This document shows positions 6,661 through 15,884 of a stretch of 17,324 nucleotides of DNA, in pieces. This DNA is from Chthoniobacteraceae bacterium (GTDB lineage: Bacteria > Verrucomicrobiota > Verrucomicrobiia > Chthoniobacterales > Chthoniobacteraceae). A program made the translations under genes and the position numbers. The DNA lies in assembly GCA_031409655.1 (NCBI GenBank), contig JANNXQ010000041.1:1-17324 (forward strand), read 5' to 3'. The notes under the pieces are model-generated. The model had not been told where the DNA came from. It saw only the letters and a program-made list of their open reading frames with translations, and searched no databases. The stretch's first letter is position 1; each line of letters starts with the position of its first letter.

Positions 6661-6754
6661 GCCGAACTTGTTAATATACGACTGGGAAAAAGGGTCCAGT
6701 CGCATATTGGGGGGTGCGCCAGTCGTATATTGGAGGGGCCTCCAGTCGCATATT
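6661..6754 (-). other. attI-like site: GTT core plus four phased 13-bp boxes
   Basis: GTTCGGC (6667-6661), 5-bp spacer, then CCAGTCGYATATT boxes at 6673 (inverted), 6696, 6719 and 6742. Confidence 0.65.
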
Positions 6755-6772
6755 TCAATTGCGTAGTGGAAC

Positions 6773-6796
6773 AGGGGTCAGGCAACAAAGCTTGAC
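6773..6796 (+). repeat. Left inverted repeat of the Y1 transposase unit
   Basis: AGGGGTCAGGCAACAAAGCTTGAC is 21/24 inverse to 7861-7884. Confidence 0.75.
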
Positions 6797-6820
6797 AGCT
6801 CAGTCGTGAGGCGGTGAATT
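6792..6820 (+). promoter_or_regulatory. Possible transposase promoter overlapping the left inverted repeat
   Basis: Perfect TTGACA (6792-6797), 17 nt, weak TGAATT, then ATG 6 nt later. Confidence 0.35.
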
Positions 6821-6826
6821 GCGCCC

Positions 6827-7879
6827 ATGCCCCGCAGCCTGCGCATCGAATATCCCGGCGCCTATTACCATGTGATGGCTCGTGGCAACCGGCGCGAGGC
6901 GATCTTTCGAGATCAGGAGGACCGCCGCTTTTTCCTCAAGACCCTCGGCGAAGCGTGCGGGATGACCGGGTGGCGGGTTCATGCCTGGGTGCTGATGGGC
7001 AATCACTACCACCTGATGCTGGAGACGCCGGAGGCGAACCTGGTGGCCGGGATGGGGTGGCTGCAAAACACCTACACGCGCCGCTTTAACACCCGGCACC
7101 GGCTGTGGGGCCGGTTGTTTGGGGATCGCTACAAGGCGGTGCTGGCCGAGGGTGGGAGCGATTACTACTACGAGACGCTGCTGGATTACATCCATCTGAA
7201 CCCGGTGCGCGCGGGCCTGGTGCGGGCGCGCGCGGGCAGGAGTGTGCTGGATTATCCGTGGTGCAGCGTGGGCGGCGGCCATGCGCTGCCGCCTTCAAAA
7301 CGCCCCGCGTGGCTGGCGACGGAGCGGGCGCTGGCGGCGTTTGGGTGCGCGGACACGGCGGCGGGGCGGCGGCGGTTCGTGGAGCGGCTGGATCGCCAGG
7401 CGGTTGAGGAGGAAATGAAGCGCTGCGGGGTGGCGCCGATGCCCGCGGAGGTGGACGCGCGATGCAGCCATTTGCGACGCGGCTGGTTTTGGGGCAGCCA
7501 GGCGTTTGCCGAGGCGGCATTGAAGGTGGCAAAGGGAGTGCTCGAACGGCCAAGGCATCGGACGACTCGGTCGAGCCTCGAAAAGCGCGCGCATGATGAG
7601 GCGCGAGCGGAGGCGCTGCTGGCTTCCGGGCTGGCGGCGGCGGGGTTGACGCGGAATGAAGTGGCGCGGCTGCCGGGGTCGGACGCGAGGAAGGTGGCGA
7701 TCGCGCGGCTGATCTGGGAAGGAACGACGATGTCGCAGGGCTGGGTGGCGGAGCGTTTGCGGATGGGCAGCGCGGCGAATGTGAGCCAGCAATTGCGCCG
7801 GGCCCGGGATGGGGCCTCACAGACGAAGTTGCCCGCGGAACTCAAGCGTCTGATCAATCAGTCAAGAGTTGTTGCCTGA
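6827..7879 (+). CDS. HUH/Y1 transposase (IS200/IS605 TnpA superfamily, RAYT-like) with C-terminal helix-turn-helix-like extension
   Basis: MPR.LRIEYPGAYYHVMARGNRREAIF, HUH motif LMGNHYHL, LFGDRYKA, catalytic YIHLNPVRAGLV, YPW; C-terminal SQGWVAERLRMGSAANVSQ. Confidence 0.9.
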   Translation: MPRSLRIEYPGAYYHVMARGNRREAIFRDQEDRRFFLKTLGEACGMTGWRVHAWVLMGNHYHLMLETPEANLVAGMGWLQNTYTRRFNTRHRLWGRLFGDRYKAVLAEGGSDYYYETLLDYIHLNPVRAGLVRARAGRSVLDYPWCSVGGGHALPPSKRPAWLATERALAAFGCADTAAGRRRFVERLDRQAVEEEMKRCGVAPMPAEVDARCSHLRRGWFWGSQAFAEAALKVAKGVLERPRHRTTRSSLEKRAHDEARAEALLASGLAAAGLTRNEVARLPGSDARKVAIARLIWEGTTMSQGWVAERLRMGSAANVSQQLRRARDGASQTKLPAELKRLINQSRVVA

Positions 7880-7892
7880 CTCCTTTCCTGCC
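7861..7892 (+). repeat. Right inverted repeat of the Y1 transposase unit, containing the stop codon
   Basis: GTCAAGAGTTGTTGCCTGACTCCTTTCCTGCC; TGA stop at 7877-7879 lies inside it. Confidence 0.75.
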
Positions 7893-8196
7893 AAACCGGA
7901 TAGGTATGGATTGCAGTCTGGCGTTTCTGACCTTGGGGAAGACGAGGAGCTGGCTGGGTAATCGAGGGTTCGGGTGCCGACCGTTTCACCCATTTCCATC
8001 CGGGTCATCTGGGTGACATAGGGCCTTCGGCGTGCGTTTGGCATGGCGCGCGGAGCGACGCCATCCACCGACGCATGGGTTTCAACAGGCGGCTAGAGGC
8101 CGCTGAGGCAGACTTCAACGCCAAACGGTTTCGGACATTGACTGGTCTCGTTTGCAGTCTGGCGTTGAGCGTTTGAAGCGTGCCGATCCGGTTCGG

Positions 8197-8225
8197 AAGA
8201 GTTGTTGCCTGACCCCTTTCCTGCC
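8197..8225 (+). repeat. Second direct copy of the right repeat
   Basis: AAGAGTTGTTGCCTGACCCCTTTCCTGCC, 28/29 identical to 7864-7892. Confidence 0.75.
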
Positions 8226-8244
8226 CGCGTCGTTGGCTGGAGAG

Positions 8245-9972
8245 TTACTTGCCCATCTTCAGAAACTCCTCACGAGTCAGGAACCCACCCTTGTCCTGGT
8301 CCCATTTGGTGAAGCGTTCGGCGGCATCGGCGGCATTGGACTCGTGGGTGGTGTAATACTCACGGCTCAGCTTGCCGGTCTTCCCCACGTCGAGTTTCTC
8401 GAAGCGTGCGTTCCGGTCGTCGTTGCTGGCCGGCGCGGCGGGAGCGGCGGGTTTGCTTTTCTTGCCCTTCCCTTGGGACTTGGCCCCGCCAGCGGGAGTG
8501 GAGGAACCCACGGGCGGCAGGTTTTTCGCCAGCGTTTCGAGCAGCGCCTGGTGCTCTGGTTTGTCGGCCAGGCTGACTGTTTCGGTGGGGTCGTTTTGTT
8601 CGTCGTAGAGTTCGGTGGCAACGATCTTGGCGCCGTCGCGCTCGCGCCAGAAGGTGGCCCGCCAGCGGGGGTCGCGGATGCTGTATCCCATGACCGGACC
8701 TCCGTCGGACCCGCGTGGGTATTGGCTGATCGCGACTTTCATTGGGGGAGCCGAGGGGTTCTCGATGAAAGGCTTCAAGCTCATGCCGGTGAGTCCCGTC
8801 GGAGCGGGCAGTCCGCAAAGATCCGCCAGGGTGGGATAGACATCGACGAACTCCACGGGGGCCGTGCATTTCTGTCCGGCGGTCTTTGACTTTGGCACGC
8901 TGATGAGCAGTGGCGCGCGCGCCGCGATCTCGAAGTTAGTGTGTTTGTGCCAGAGGCCGTGCTCGCCGAGTTGCCAGCCGTGATCGCCCCAGAGCACGAT
9001 GATCGTGTTGTCGGCGAGACCTTCTTTGTCGAGCGCATCGAGCAGGCGACCGATCTGCGCATCGGTGTAACTGATGCAGGCATAGTAGCCGTGGCGCAGC
9101 GTCTTGGCGAAGTCCGCAGGGATGGGATTCTCCTTCGGCACTCCTGGGTAGGCATGGAGTTCGCCGTTCGTGTGTCCGGCGAATTCGGGGCTGCCGACCG
9201 GGAGCTTGTCCGTCGTAGGCACGGGGATCTTATTCGGATCGTAGAGGTCCCAATATTTTTTCGGCGCGACGAAGGGCAGGTGCGGCTTCAAAAAGCCGAC
9301 GGCGAGGAAGAAGGGCTCGCTCTTTGACTTCAGCGCGGCGAGTCGCTGCACCGCCTCGGCGGCCGTCGCGCCATCGGGAAGCTGATCGTCTGGCTTCGGG
9401 CTGACTTCAAAGGCGGGGCCTTTCTTGGCTCCTTTGCCGTTCTTTCGCTCGGGGCCGTCTTTTAGCGGGGCGCTGAATTCCTCGGTGTTCACGTCGTGCT
9501 TCGTGACGATCTGCTTCGTCCAGTCCACCGGATCGGTATCCACCGCGCGGCCCTTCGGATACCAGTGCGGCTCATTCCAGGAGCGACCATCTTCGAAGCC
9601 CGAATGGTAAATCTTGCTCAACGCCGCGGTATGGTAGCCATTCGCCTTGAAGTGCTGCGGCAGGGTGACGCAATCCGGCTGCGCGACCCGAAAGTGCGTC
9701 ACCAAATCCCAGACCTTCGTCACGTCGGGACGCAGGCCCGTCATGATCGCCGTGCGCGATGGGCTGCAGACCGCCTGCGCGACGTAGGCCTTGTTAAAAA
9801 CGAGGCCGCGCGCCGCGATCCGGTCGATGTTTGGGGTCTTGACGATCTTATTGCCGTAGCAGCCGAGTTCGGGCCGAAGATCATCGACGGCGATAAAGAG
9901 GACGTTGGGTTTTTGCGCGGCAAGGGCGCTCGCCACGAAAAGGACGGAGCACAGGGTCAGGATGGTTTTCAT
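8245..9972 (-). CDS. Secreted Cys-type sulfatase (iduronate-2-sulfatase-like) with C-terminal EF-hand-like pair
   Basis: Signal peptide, KPNVLFIAVDDLRP, CSPSR, KIYH, KPHLPF, WGDHGW.LGEH..W.KH; tail FEKLDVGKTGKLSREY and FTKWDQDKGGFLTREEF. Confidence 0.9.
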   Translation of the reverse strand: MKTILTLCSVLFVASALAAQKPNVLFIAVDDLRPELGCYGNKIVKTPNIDRIAARGLVFNKAYVAQAVCSPSRTAIMTGLRPDVTKVWDLVTHFRVAQPDCVTLPQHFKANGYHTAALSKIYHSGFEDGRSWNEPHWYPKGRAVDTDPVDWTKQIVTKHDVNTEEFSAPLKDGPERKNGKGAKKGPAFEVSPKPDDQLPDGATAAEAVQRLAALKSKSEPFFLAVGFLKPHLPFVAPKKYWDLYDPNKIPVPTTDKLPVGSPEFAGHTNGELHAYPGVPKENPIPADFAKTLRHGYYACISYTDAQIGRLLDALDKEGLADNTIIVLWGDHGWQLGEHGLWHKHTNFEIAARAPLLISVPKSKTAGQKCTAPVEFVDVYPTLADLCGLPAPTGLTGMSLKPFIENPSAPPMKVAISQYPRGSDGGPVMGYSIRDPRWRATFWRERDGAKIVATELYDEQNDPTETVSLADKPEHQALLETLAKNLPPVGSSTPAGGAKSQGKGKKSKPAAPAAPASNDDRNARFEKLDVGKTGKLSREYYTTHESNAADAAERFTKWDQDKGGFLTREEFLKMGK

Positions 9973-10104
9973 AGGAACTTGGAGATGCCGTTTCAGGTTA
10001 TGGACTGCTGGTCGAGTGGGTGCGCTCCGGGAGGTCGCTCATGAAGTTGGCTGATGGGTCCGAAACGGCGAGCGCAAAGGTTACCCACTTAATGGGAGGT
10101 GCGG

Positions 10105-11427
10105 TTAGAGTTTCGCTGGGGCCAGCTTTGGCGCCAAGAGATGGATGACGAGCAGCGCCACGAGGTACGCCGAACCGGCGATGATGAAGATGGGGACGTA
10201 GCTGCCGGTCTTCTGGAGAATCTCGCCGACGATGAGCGCGATGAGCATGCCCCCGACGGAGCCGGCCATCCCGCCAATGCCGGTCACCGAACCGACGGCG
10301 CGCTTGGGAAACATATCTGAGGTGAGCGTGAAGAGATTTGCCGACCATCCTTGATGCGCGGCGGCGGCGAGTGAGACGAGACCCACTGCGACCCAGAGAT
10401 TGGTGGCCTTGGCGGCAAACATGATCGGCACCACCGCCAACGCGCAAACGAGCATCGCCGTCTTCCGCGCGGCATTCGGGGTCCAGCCGCGCTTGAGGAA
10501 GTGCGAGGACATCCAGCCGCCGCCGATGCTGCCGACATCGGCCACAAGGTAGATGACGACCAGCGGCAGGCCCATCGTCTTGAGGTCGAGGCCGTGGTTG
10601 CGTTTTAAGAAATCCGGCACCCAGAAGAGATAAAGCCACCAGATCGGGTCCGTCATGAACTTGCCCAAGGCGAAGGCCCACGTCTGCCGGTGGGGAAAGA
10701 GGCGGCGCCAGGGGATGGCCACGGTGGATTCCGGGGGGTCGCTCTGGATGTGCGCGAGCTCTGCGACGGACACGCGCGGGTGATGTTCCGGAGCGCGATA
10801 AGTGGCCAGCCACCACGCCACCCACACGAAACCAAGCAAGCCCGTGGCGATGAATGCCCATTGCCAGCCCCAGCGCAGGGTGATCCACGGCACCAGCACC
10901 GGCGTGAGCAAGGCGCCAATGTTTGTCCCCGAATTGAAGATGCCCGTCGCCAGCGCGCGTTCCTTTTTTGGAAACCACTCGGCGACGGTCTTGATGCTTG
11001 CGGGAAAATTTCCCGCCTCCCCGAGTCCGAGCACCACCCGCGCGATGGCAAACCCCGCCGTCGCGCCAGCCAGCAGCACGATCGCCGGGGGATCGATCGA
11101 GACCGTCGGCAGCCGCAACCACGGAAACCAATCCGCGAGGGCATGGGCCATCGCTCCGAGGCTCCAGATGATCACGGCGATGGCAAATCCCCACCGCACC
11201 CCGATGCGATCCATGACGCGCCCTGCGGCCAGCAACCCAACCGCGTAAGCTGCCTGGAAGCTAAAGACGATCGCCGCGTAGGCGCGCTCATCGAAATGAA
11301 ACTGGTCCTGCAAGGTCGGCTTCAGGATGCCGATGACCTGCCGGTCGATGTAGTTGATTGCCGCGGCAAAAAAGAGCAGCGCGCAGATCATCCAGCGGTA
11401 CCGCGTGGTGGCGACGGGGGCGTTCAT
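10105..11427 (-). CDS. MFS transporter, ExuT-like hexuronate/ACS family
   Basis: YRWMICALLFFAAAINYIDRQ, GLGEAGNFPA, EWFPKKERALATGIFNSG, DPIWWLYLFW, HQGWSAN; start at ATG 11427. Confidence 0.88.
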   Translation of the reverse strand: MNAPVATTRYRWMICALLFFAAAINYIDRQVIGILKPTLQDQFHFDERAYAAIVFSFQAAYAVGLLAAGRVMDRIGVRWGFAIAVIIWSLGAMAHALADWFPWLRLPTVSIDPPAIVLLAGATAGFAIARVVLGLGEAGNFPASIKTVAEWFPKKERALATGIFNSGTNIGALLTPVLVPWITLRWGWQWAFIATGLLGFVWVAWWLATYRAPEHHPRVSVAELAHIQSDPPESTVAIPWRRLFPHRQTWAFALGKFMTDPIWWLYLFWVPDFLKRNHGLDLKTMGLPLVVIYLVADVGSIGGGWMSSHFLKRGWTPNAARKTAMLVCALAVVPIMFAAKATNLWVAVGLVSLAAAAHQGWSANLFTLTSDMFPKRAVGSVTGIGGMAGSVGGMLIALIVGEILQKTGSYVPIFIIAGSAYLVALLVIHLLAPKLAPAKL

Positions 11428-11562
11428 GGGGATTGGTGTGGGGGGATTCTGGGGCGATGAGGAGAATCTTTCGAGCATTGTTGGAGGCCACTGCATCGAT
11501 TGACCATTGGCCACCCGGCCAATGCGCCGCGCGGGGAGCGGAACGAGCGATTCTCGGCGGAC

Positions 11563-12690
11563 TTACTTCCCGAGGATTTTGCGCAGCACTGGCTCAAAGG
11601 CGGCGGCCTGGCGCATGAAACCAAGGTCGCTCGGGTGGGAACCGTCGGTGGCACCTTCGGAATCGTCGCCGAGGAGGTCGTCGCCAGGGAGGTAATGGAG
11701 ATCGGTGATGCCTTCTTTCTGCAAAGCGGCGAAGCTTTCGCGCAGGGCCGCATGATTGTCGGTGTGGTGTTGGTCGCGGGCGGGCAGGAGCCAGGCGTTG
11801 GTATTCCGACGGTCCTCGACGAGAAGGATGGGCGTCTTGGGATGGGCCGCGCGGAGCTGCTTGACGAGTGCCGGGCACTTTTTGCGGACCTCGCTGGCGT
11901 TCATGTTTGGCAGGCAGTCGATGACGTAGATCGCCGCGTCCACTTTGCCGAGGAGTTCGCCGACGGCAGCGTCCATGCGGCCATTGCCGGAGAAGCCGAG
12001 ATTGATGACGGGCATGTCGAGGCGTCGGCCGAGGATGGCGGGATGCGCCATGCCCGGCCGCGAGGCGCTGATGCCGTGGGTGATGGAGGTGCCGTAGAAG
12101 ATGATGGGCCGCTCCGTGCGGGGCGGCTGGCGCTCAAATTCCGCACCTTCCTCGACGCCGATCGCGAGGGTCTCGATGCCGTTGCGCAAGGGGAGATAAG
12201 CCAGGTAGTCGCGCATCCCGCCGACGCCGCCTTCGAGCAGCGGCTGCTTGATCATTTGCGTCGCGGGCTTGGTCACGCCGGCCCAGCGCCAGGTGCCGTG
12301 ATCGTCGCGGGCATAGAGGTCGATGCCGCTCGCGCCGGTCGCGGCCATATTGGGCTGTGCCACCTTGTCGGAGGCCAGTGCGTAGTCCGCCCAGATGATC
12401 TTCGCATCGGTGCGGAAGCGCACGAGCAGGCCGGTGCTGTCCTGGCTCAGGCTCCAGACGGGACCGGTGACTTTCCCCTCCGCGAGATCCGGGAGTCGGG
12501 CAAACCAGCGCTTGCGCGGCAGGTCGGTCCAGGCGCGCCCTTCCACGCCCCAGGTTGAGACGTCATGCCACGAGAGCTTGGGTTCGGGTGGGGACTTTTT
12601 TGCGGCGCCTTGGGCAGGCGGACTTTGGGAAAGCGTCGTCGCGGTGAAGGCGTGCAGACAGAGCAGGGCGAGGAGGGAGGATGGGCGCAT
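11563..12690 (-). CDS. Secreted SGNH/GDSL hydrolase
   Basis: Signal peptide, FYGTSIT, INLGFSGNG, DCLPN, DGSHP; start at ATG 12690. Confidence 0.88.
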   Translation of the reverse strand: MRPSSLLALLCLHAFTATTLSQSPPAQGAAKKSPPEPKLSWHDVSTWGVEGRAWTDLPRKRWFARLPDLAEGKVTGPVWSLSQDSTGLLVRFRTDAKIIWADYALASDKVAQPNMAATGASGIDLYARDDHGTWRWAGVTKPATQMIKQPLLEGGVGGMRDYLAYLPLRNGIETLAIGVEEGAEFERQPPRTERPIIFYGTSITHGISASRPGMAHPAILGRRLDMPVINLGFSGNGRMDAAVGELLGKVDAAIYVIDCLPNMNASEVRKKCPALVKQLRAAHPKTPILLVEDRRNTNAWLLPARDQHHTDNHAALRESFAALQKEGITDLHYLPGDDLLGDDSEGATDGSHPSDLGFMRQAAAFEPVLRKILGK

Positions 12691-12851
12691 GGGACAGCGA
12701 TACAGAAAAGTGCGGGGGTCACGCAATGCCGGCGGGACCAGGAGCCGGGCAGTCGCCCGCGGGGAGTTTGGTTTCGGCTATGACACGCGCGTGCCGGGAT
12801 TTCCTTTGCAATCGCGGCGCGCATTCTTAGCTTGCCGCTCACTTTTTTACC

Positions 12852-14459
12852 ATGATCGAAACCGCTCCGAATTACGCCGCTGTCAAACAGGGGCTCATCC
12901 CCATCACGCCGCAGGAAAAGCTGAAACTGGAGAAGGATGGGCTGGATGTGATCCACGATATCTATCGCTACGCAAAGACGGGGTTTGCTTCGATCGACGA
13001 CGGGGATTTTGACCGGATGAAGTGGTATGGGGTGTATCGGCAGAAGCCGAAGGATAGTGGCTACTTTATGATGCGGCTGAGGCTGCCGGGGGGGATCGTC
13101 TCGCCGGTGCAGGCGGCGAAGCTGAGCGAGATCGCGGATCGTTTCGCGCATGGCTTTTGCGATATCACGACGCGGATGACGGTGCAGTATCACTGGCTGC
13201 GGATCGAAGATATCCCGACCATTTTCTCGGAGCTGGCGAGCGTTGGGATCGGGACGAGCGGAGCGTGCGGGGATATCGCCCGCAATGTGGTGGGCTGCCC
13301 GGTGGCGGGGATCAATCCGGATGAAATCCTGGACGCGACGCCGGAGCTCATGGAGGTGAATGCGGCACTGGAGAACAACCGCGAGTTTTCCAATCTGCCG
13401 CGGAAGTACAAGATCAGCGTCTCGGGCTGCTGCATCCATTGCGCGCAGCCGGACATCAATTGTGTGGGGGTCTTCGGGCTGCGCCGCGGGAGTGAAGTGG
13501 GCTACGGGATCAAAGTGGGCGGCGGGCTGAGTTCGGCGCCGAAGCTTTCGGTGCTGCTACCGGTCTTCCTAAAGCCAGCGCAGGTCTGGCCGGTGATCGA
13601 GGCGGTGAGCACGATCTTCCGCGATCACGGCTACCGGCTGAAGCGGAACAATGCGCGGCTGAAATTTCTGGCGCATGATTGGGGCGCGGAAAAGCTGCGG
13701 AGCGAGATCGAGGCGCTGTTGGGATACAAGCTCGATGACCACAGTGACTTTGTCTTTCCGAAGGATTCGGAGACGGATCATTTGGGGGTTCACCAGCAGA
13801 AGCAGGCGGGCCTTTCGTGGGTGGGCGTGTGTTTCCCCGGGGGCCGGCTGCGCAATAGCGCGCTCGGCAAGCTGGGCGAGATGGCGGCGAAGTACTGCGC
13901 GCCGGGGCAGGGGGAGATCCGCCTCACGACCAAGCAAAACCTCCTGATCGTGAATGTCGCGGATGCGAATGTCGCGGCGCTGAAGGCGGCGCTGGATGCG
14001 GAGGGATTTAGCTACGCGCCGTCGAATTTCCGGCAGGGCTGTGTGGCCTGCACGGGCATTGAGTTTTGCAATCTCGCGGTGGCGGAGACGAAGAATCGGA
14101 TGATCGAACTCGTGGAGCAACTCGAAGCGCAGAGCGGCTGGTACCGGAGTAAGATCCGCATCCACTTTAGCGGCTGCCCGAGCTCGTGCGGTCAGCATCA
14201 GATCGCGGACATCGGTTTCCGCGGTGCGCGCACAAAGATCAACGGGGAGATGGTGGACGCTTACGACTGCTTTGTCGGCGGTCGGTTGGGGCAGAGCCGT
14301 CGTTTCAATGAGCTGCTCAAGGGCAAGATCATCGCGAAGGACGTGCATCTCTTTATCGACAAGCTGCTCAAGATCTACGACGCGAAGAAGCAGGGCGAGG
14401 AGACGTTTGCCGACTTCACGGATCGCGTGAAGAAGGACGAAATCCTGGCGGCGCTGTAG
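12852..14459 (+). CDS. Ferredoxin-dependent nitrite/sulfite reductase (siroheme, 4Fe-4S)
   Basis: FMMRLRLPGG, LPRKYKI, ligand motifs ACTGIEFC and SGCPSSCG; substrate (nitrite or sulfite) not determinable here. Confidence 0.9.
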   Translation: MIETAPNYAAVKQGLIPITPQEKLKLEKDGLDVIHDIYRYAKTGFASIDDGDFDRMKWYGVYRQKPKDSGYFMMRLRLPGGIVSPVQAAKLSEIADRFAHGFCDITTRMTVQYHWLRIEDIPTIFSELASVGIGTSGACGDIARNVVGCPVAGINPDEILDATPELMEVNAALENNREFSNLPRKYKISVSGCCIHCAQPDINCVGVFGLRRGSEVGYGIKVGGGLSSAPKLSVLLPVFLKPAQVWPVIEAVSTIFRDHGYRLKRNNARLKFLAHDWGAEKLRSEIEALLGYKLDDHSDFVFPKDSETDHLGVHQQKQAGLSWVGVCFPGGRLRNSALGKLGEMAAKYCAPGQGEIRLTTKQNLLIVNVADANVAALKAALDAEGFSYAPSNFRQGCVACTGIEFCNLAVAETKNRMIELVEQLEAQSGWYRSKIRIHFSGCPSSCGQHQIADIGFRGARTKINGEMVDAYDCFVGGRLGQSRRFNELLKGKIIAKDVHLFIDKLLKIYDAKKQGEETFADFTDRVKKDEILAAL

Positions 14460-14482
14460 GCTGGCGGGCACCCACTCCTGCG

Positions 14483-15814
14483 ATGAAGCGCATCCCCCAT
14501 CTTGCCGTCGGAGTCTTCGCGGTCGCCTTGCTTTCGCCGGCGCTGTGGGCAGTGCCGGTGGATGATCCTTTCCCGAAGAAAATCCAGAAGGGGGACGTGC
14601 GCGTGGAGCTCGCGCCGGTGGCCAAGGGGCTCGTCTCGCCGGTGCATCTCGTGGCGGCGCCGGATGTGGCGGATCGGCTCTATGTGATCGATCAAGTGGG
14701 AGTCGTGCGGGTCATCGAAAAGGGCGCGCTCACCGCGGAGCCTTTGCTCGATGTCACGGCGCGGCTGGTGCCGTTGCAGGTGAATTTCGACGAGCGCGGG
14801 CTGCTCTCGCTGGCCTGCGATCCGGGCTTCAATGACGCGCAGAGTCCGGGGCATCGGCGCATCTTTACCTACACCAGCGAGCCGGCCGCCGCGCGCGCGA
14901 CCTATCCCTTTCTCTACTCGCCGGACGCGCCGCCGAATCACGATGCGGTGGTCGCGTCGTGGAAAGTAACGCCCGGCGCGGTGCCGCGGGCGGACCCGGC
15001 GAGCCGCGTGGAAGTGCTGCGCATCGCGGAGCCGCAGTTCAATCACAATGGCGGGATGATCGGCTTTGGCCCGGATGGGTTTCTCTACATCGGCCTGGGT
15101 GATGGCGGGGCGGCGAATGATCTCGGGCCCGGACACAATCCGGAGATCGGCAATGCCCAGGACCCGCAGGTGGCGCTCGGCAAAATGTTGCGGATCGATG
15201 TGAACGGACGCGACGGCGCAAATGGCGCGTATGGGATTCCGCAGGACAACCCATTTGCGGGTGGCGGTGGACTGCGCGAGATCTTTGCCATGGGCCTGCG
15301 CAATCCGTGGCGCTGGGCCTTCAGCGGCGATCAACTGCTCGTCGGCGATGTCGGGCAGAACAAACTGGAGATGGTCCACCGCGTGGAACGCGGCCAGAAC
15401 TACGGGTGGCATGTGAAAGAGGGCACCTTCAAATTTAACGTCACGGGCAGCATCGACGATGATCTCATGGGACTCCCGCCGGGGTTGACGCCGCCGGTGC
15501 TGCAATACGATCGCGACGAAGGCACCTCGATCGTCGGTGGCTACATTTATCGCGGGCGGGCCTTTCCGGCGCTCGTGGGGAAATACGTCTTCGGCGATTA
15601 CCGCAATGGGAAGACTTTCTCGGGCCGGTTGTTTTTTGCGGACCTTCCGAATGGGGAGATTCGGGAACTGCGGATTGGCAACGACGATCGCGAACTCGGG
15701 TTTTTGCTGAAGGGCATCGGGGTCGATCCGCAAGGCGAGGTTTACCTGTGTGGGAGCCTGAAACCGGGGCCGGCGGGCCGGGATGGGTTTGTGATGAAAT
15801 TGGTGGCACCGTAG
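14483..15814 (+). CDS. PQQ-dependent sugar dehydrogenase family beta-propeller (GSDH)
   Basis: Signal peptide, ERGLLSLA, NHNGG, FGPDGFLYIGLGDGG, GLRNPWR, GDVGQ, NYGW. Confidence 0.88.
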   Translation: MKRIPHLAVGVFAVALLSPALWAVPVDDPFPKKIQKGDVRVELAPVAKGLVSPVHLVAAPDVADRLYVIDQVGVVRVIEKGALTAEPLLDVTARLVPLQVNFDERGLLSLACDPGFNDAQSPGHRRIFTYTSEPAAARATYPFLYSPDAPPNHDAVVASWKVTPGAVPRADPASRVEVLRIAEPQFNHNGGMIGFGPDGFLYIGLGDGGAANDLGPGHNPEIGNAQDPQVALGKMLRIDVNGRDGANGAYGIPQDNPFAGGGGLREIFAMGLRNPWRWAFSGDQLLVGDVGQNKLEMVHRVERGQNYGWHVKEGTFKFNVTGSIDDDLMGLPPGLTPPVLQYDRDEGTSIVGGYIYRGRAFPALVGKYVFGDYRNGKTFSGRLFFADLPNGEIRELRIGNDDRELGFLLKGIGVDPQGEVYLCGSLKPGPAGRDGFVMKLVAP

Positions 15815-15884
15815 TTTGGTGGGCGGGAGTCGTTCGCAAAATGCGCGGCCTAATGTTTTTGGCGCGGGGATGTGATCCCTGCGC

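Noticed and set aside
6673..6754. Mini-CRISPR reading of the phased repeats
   Set aside because: 13-bp repeats and 10-bp spacers are too short, one copy is inverted, and no cas genes are present
7880..8196. intI remnant, or the 68-aa ORF at 7862-8068
   Set aside because: No tyrosine-recombinase motifs recognisable by eye; a translated search would be needed to exclude it fully
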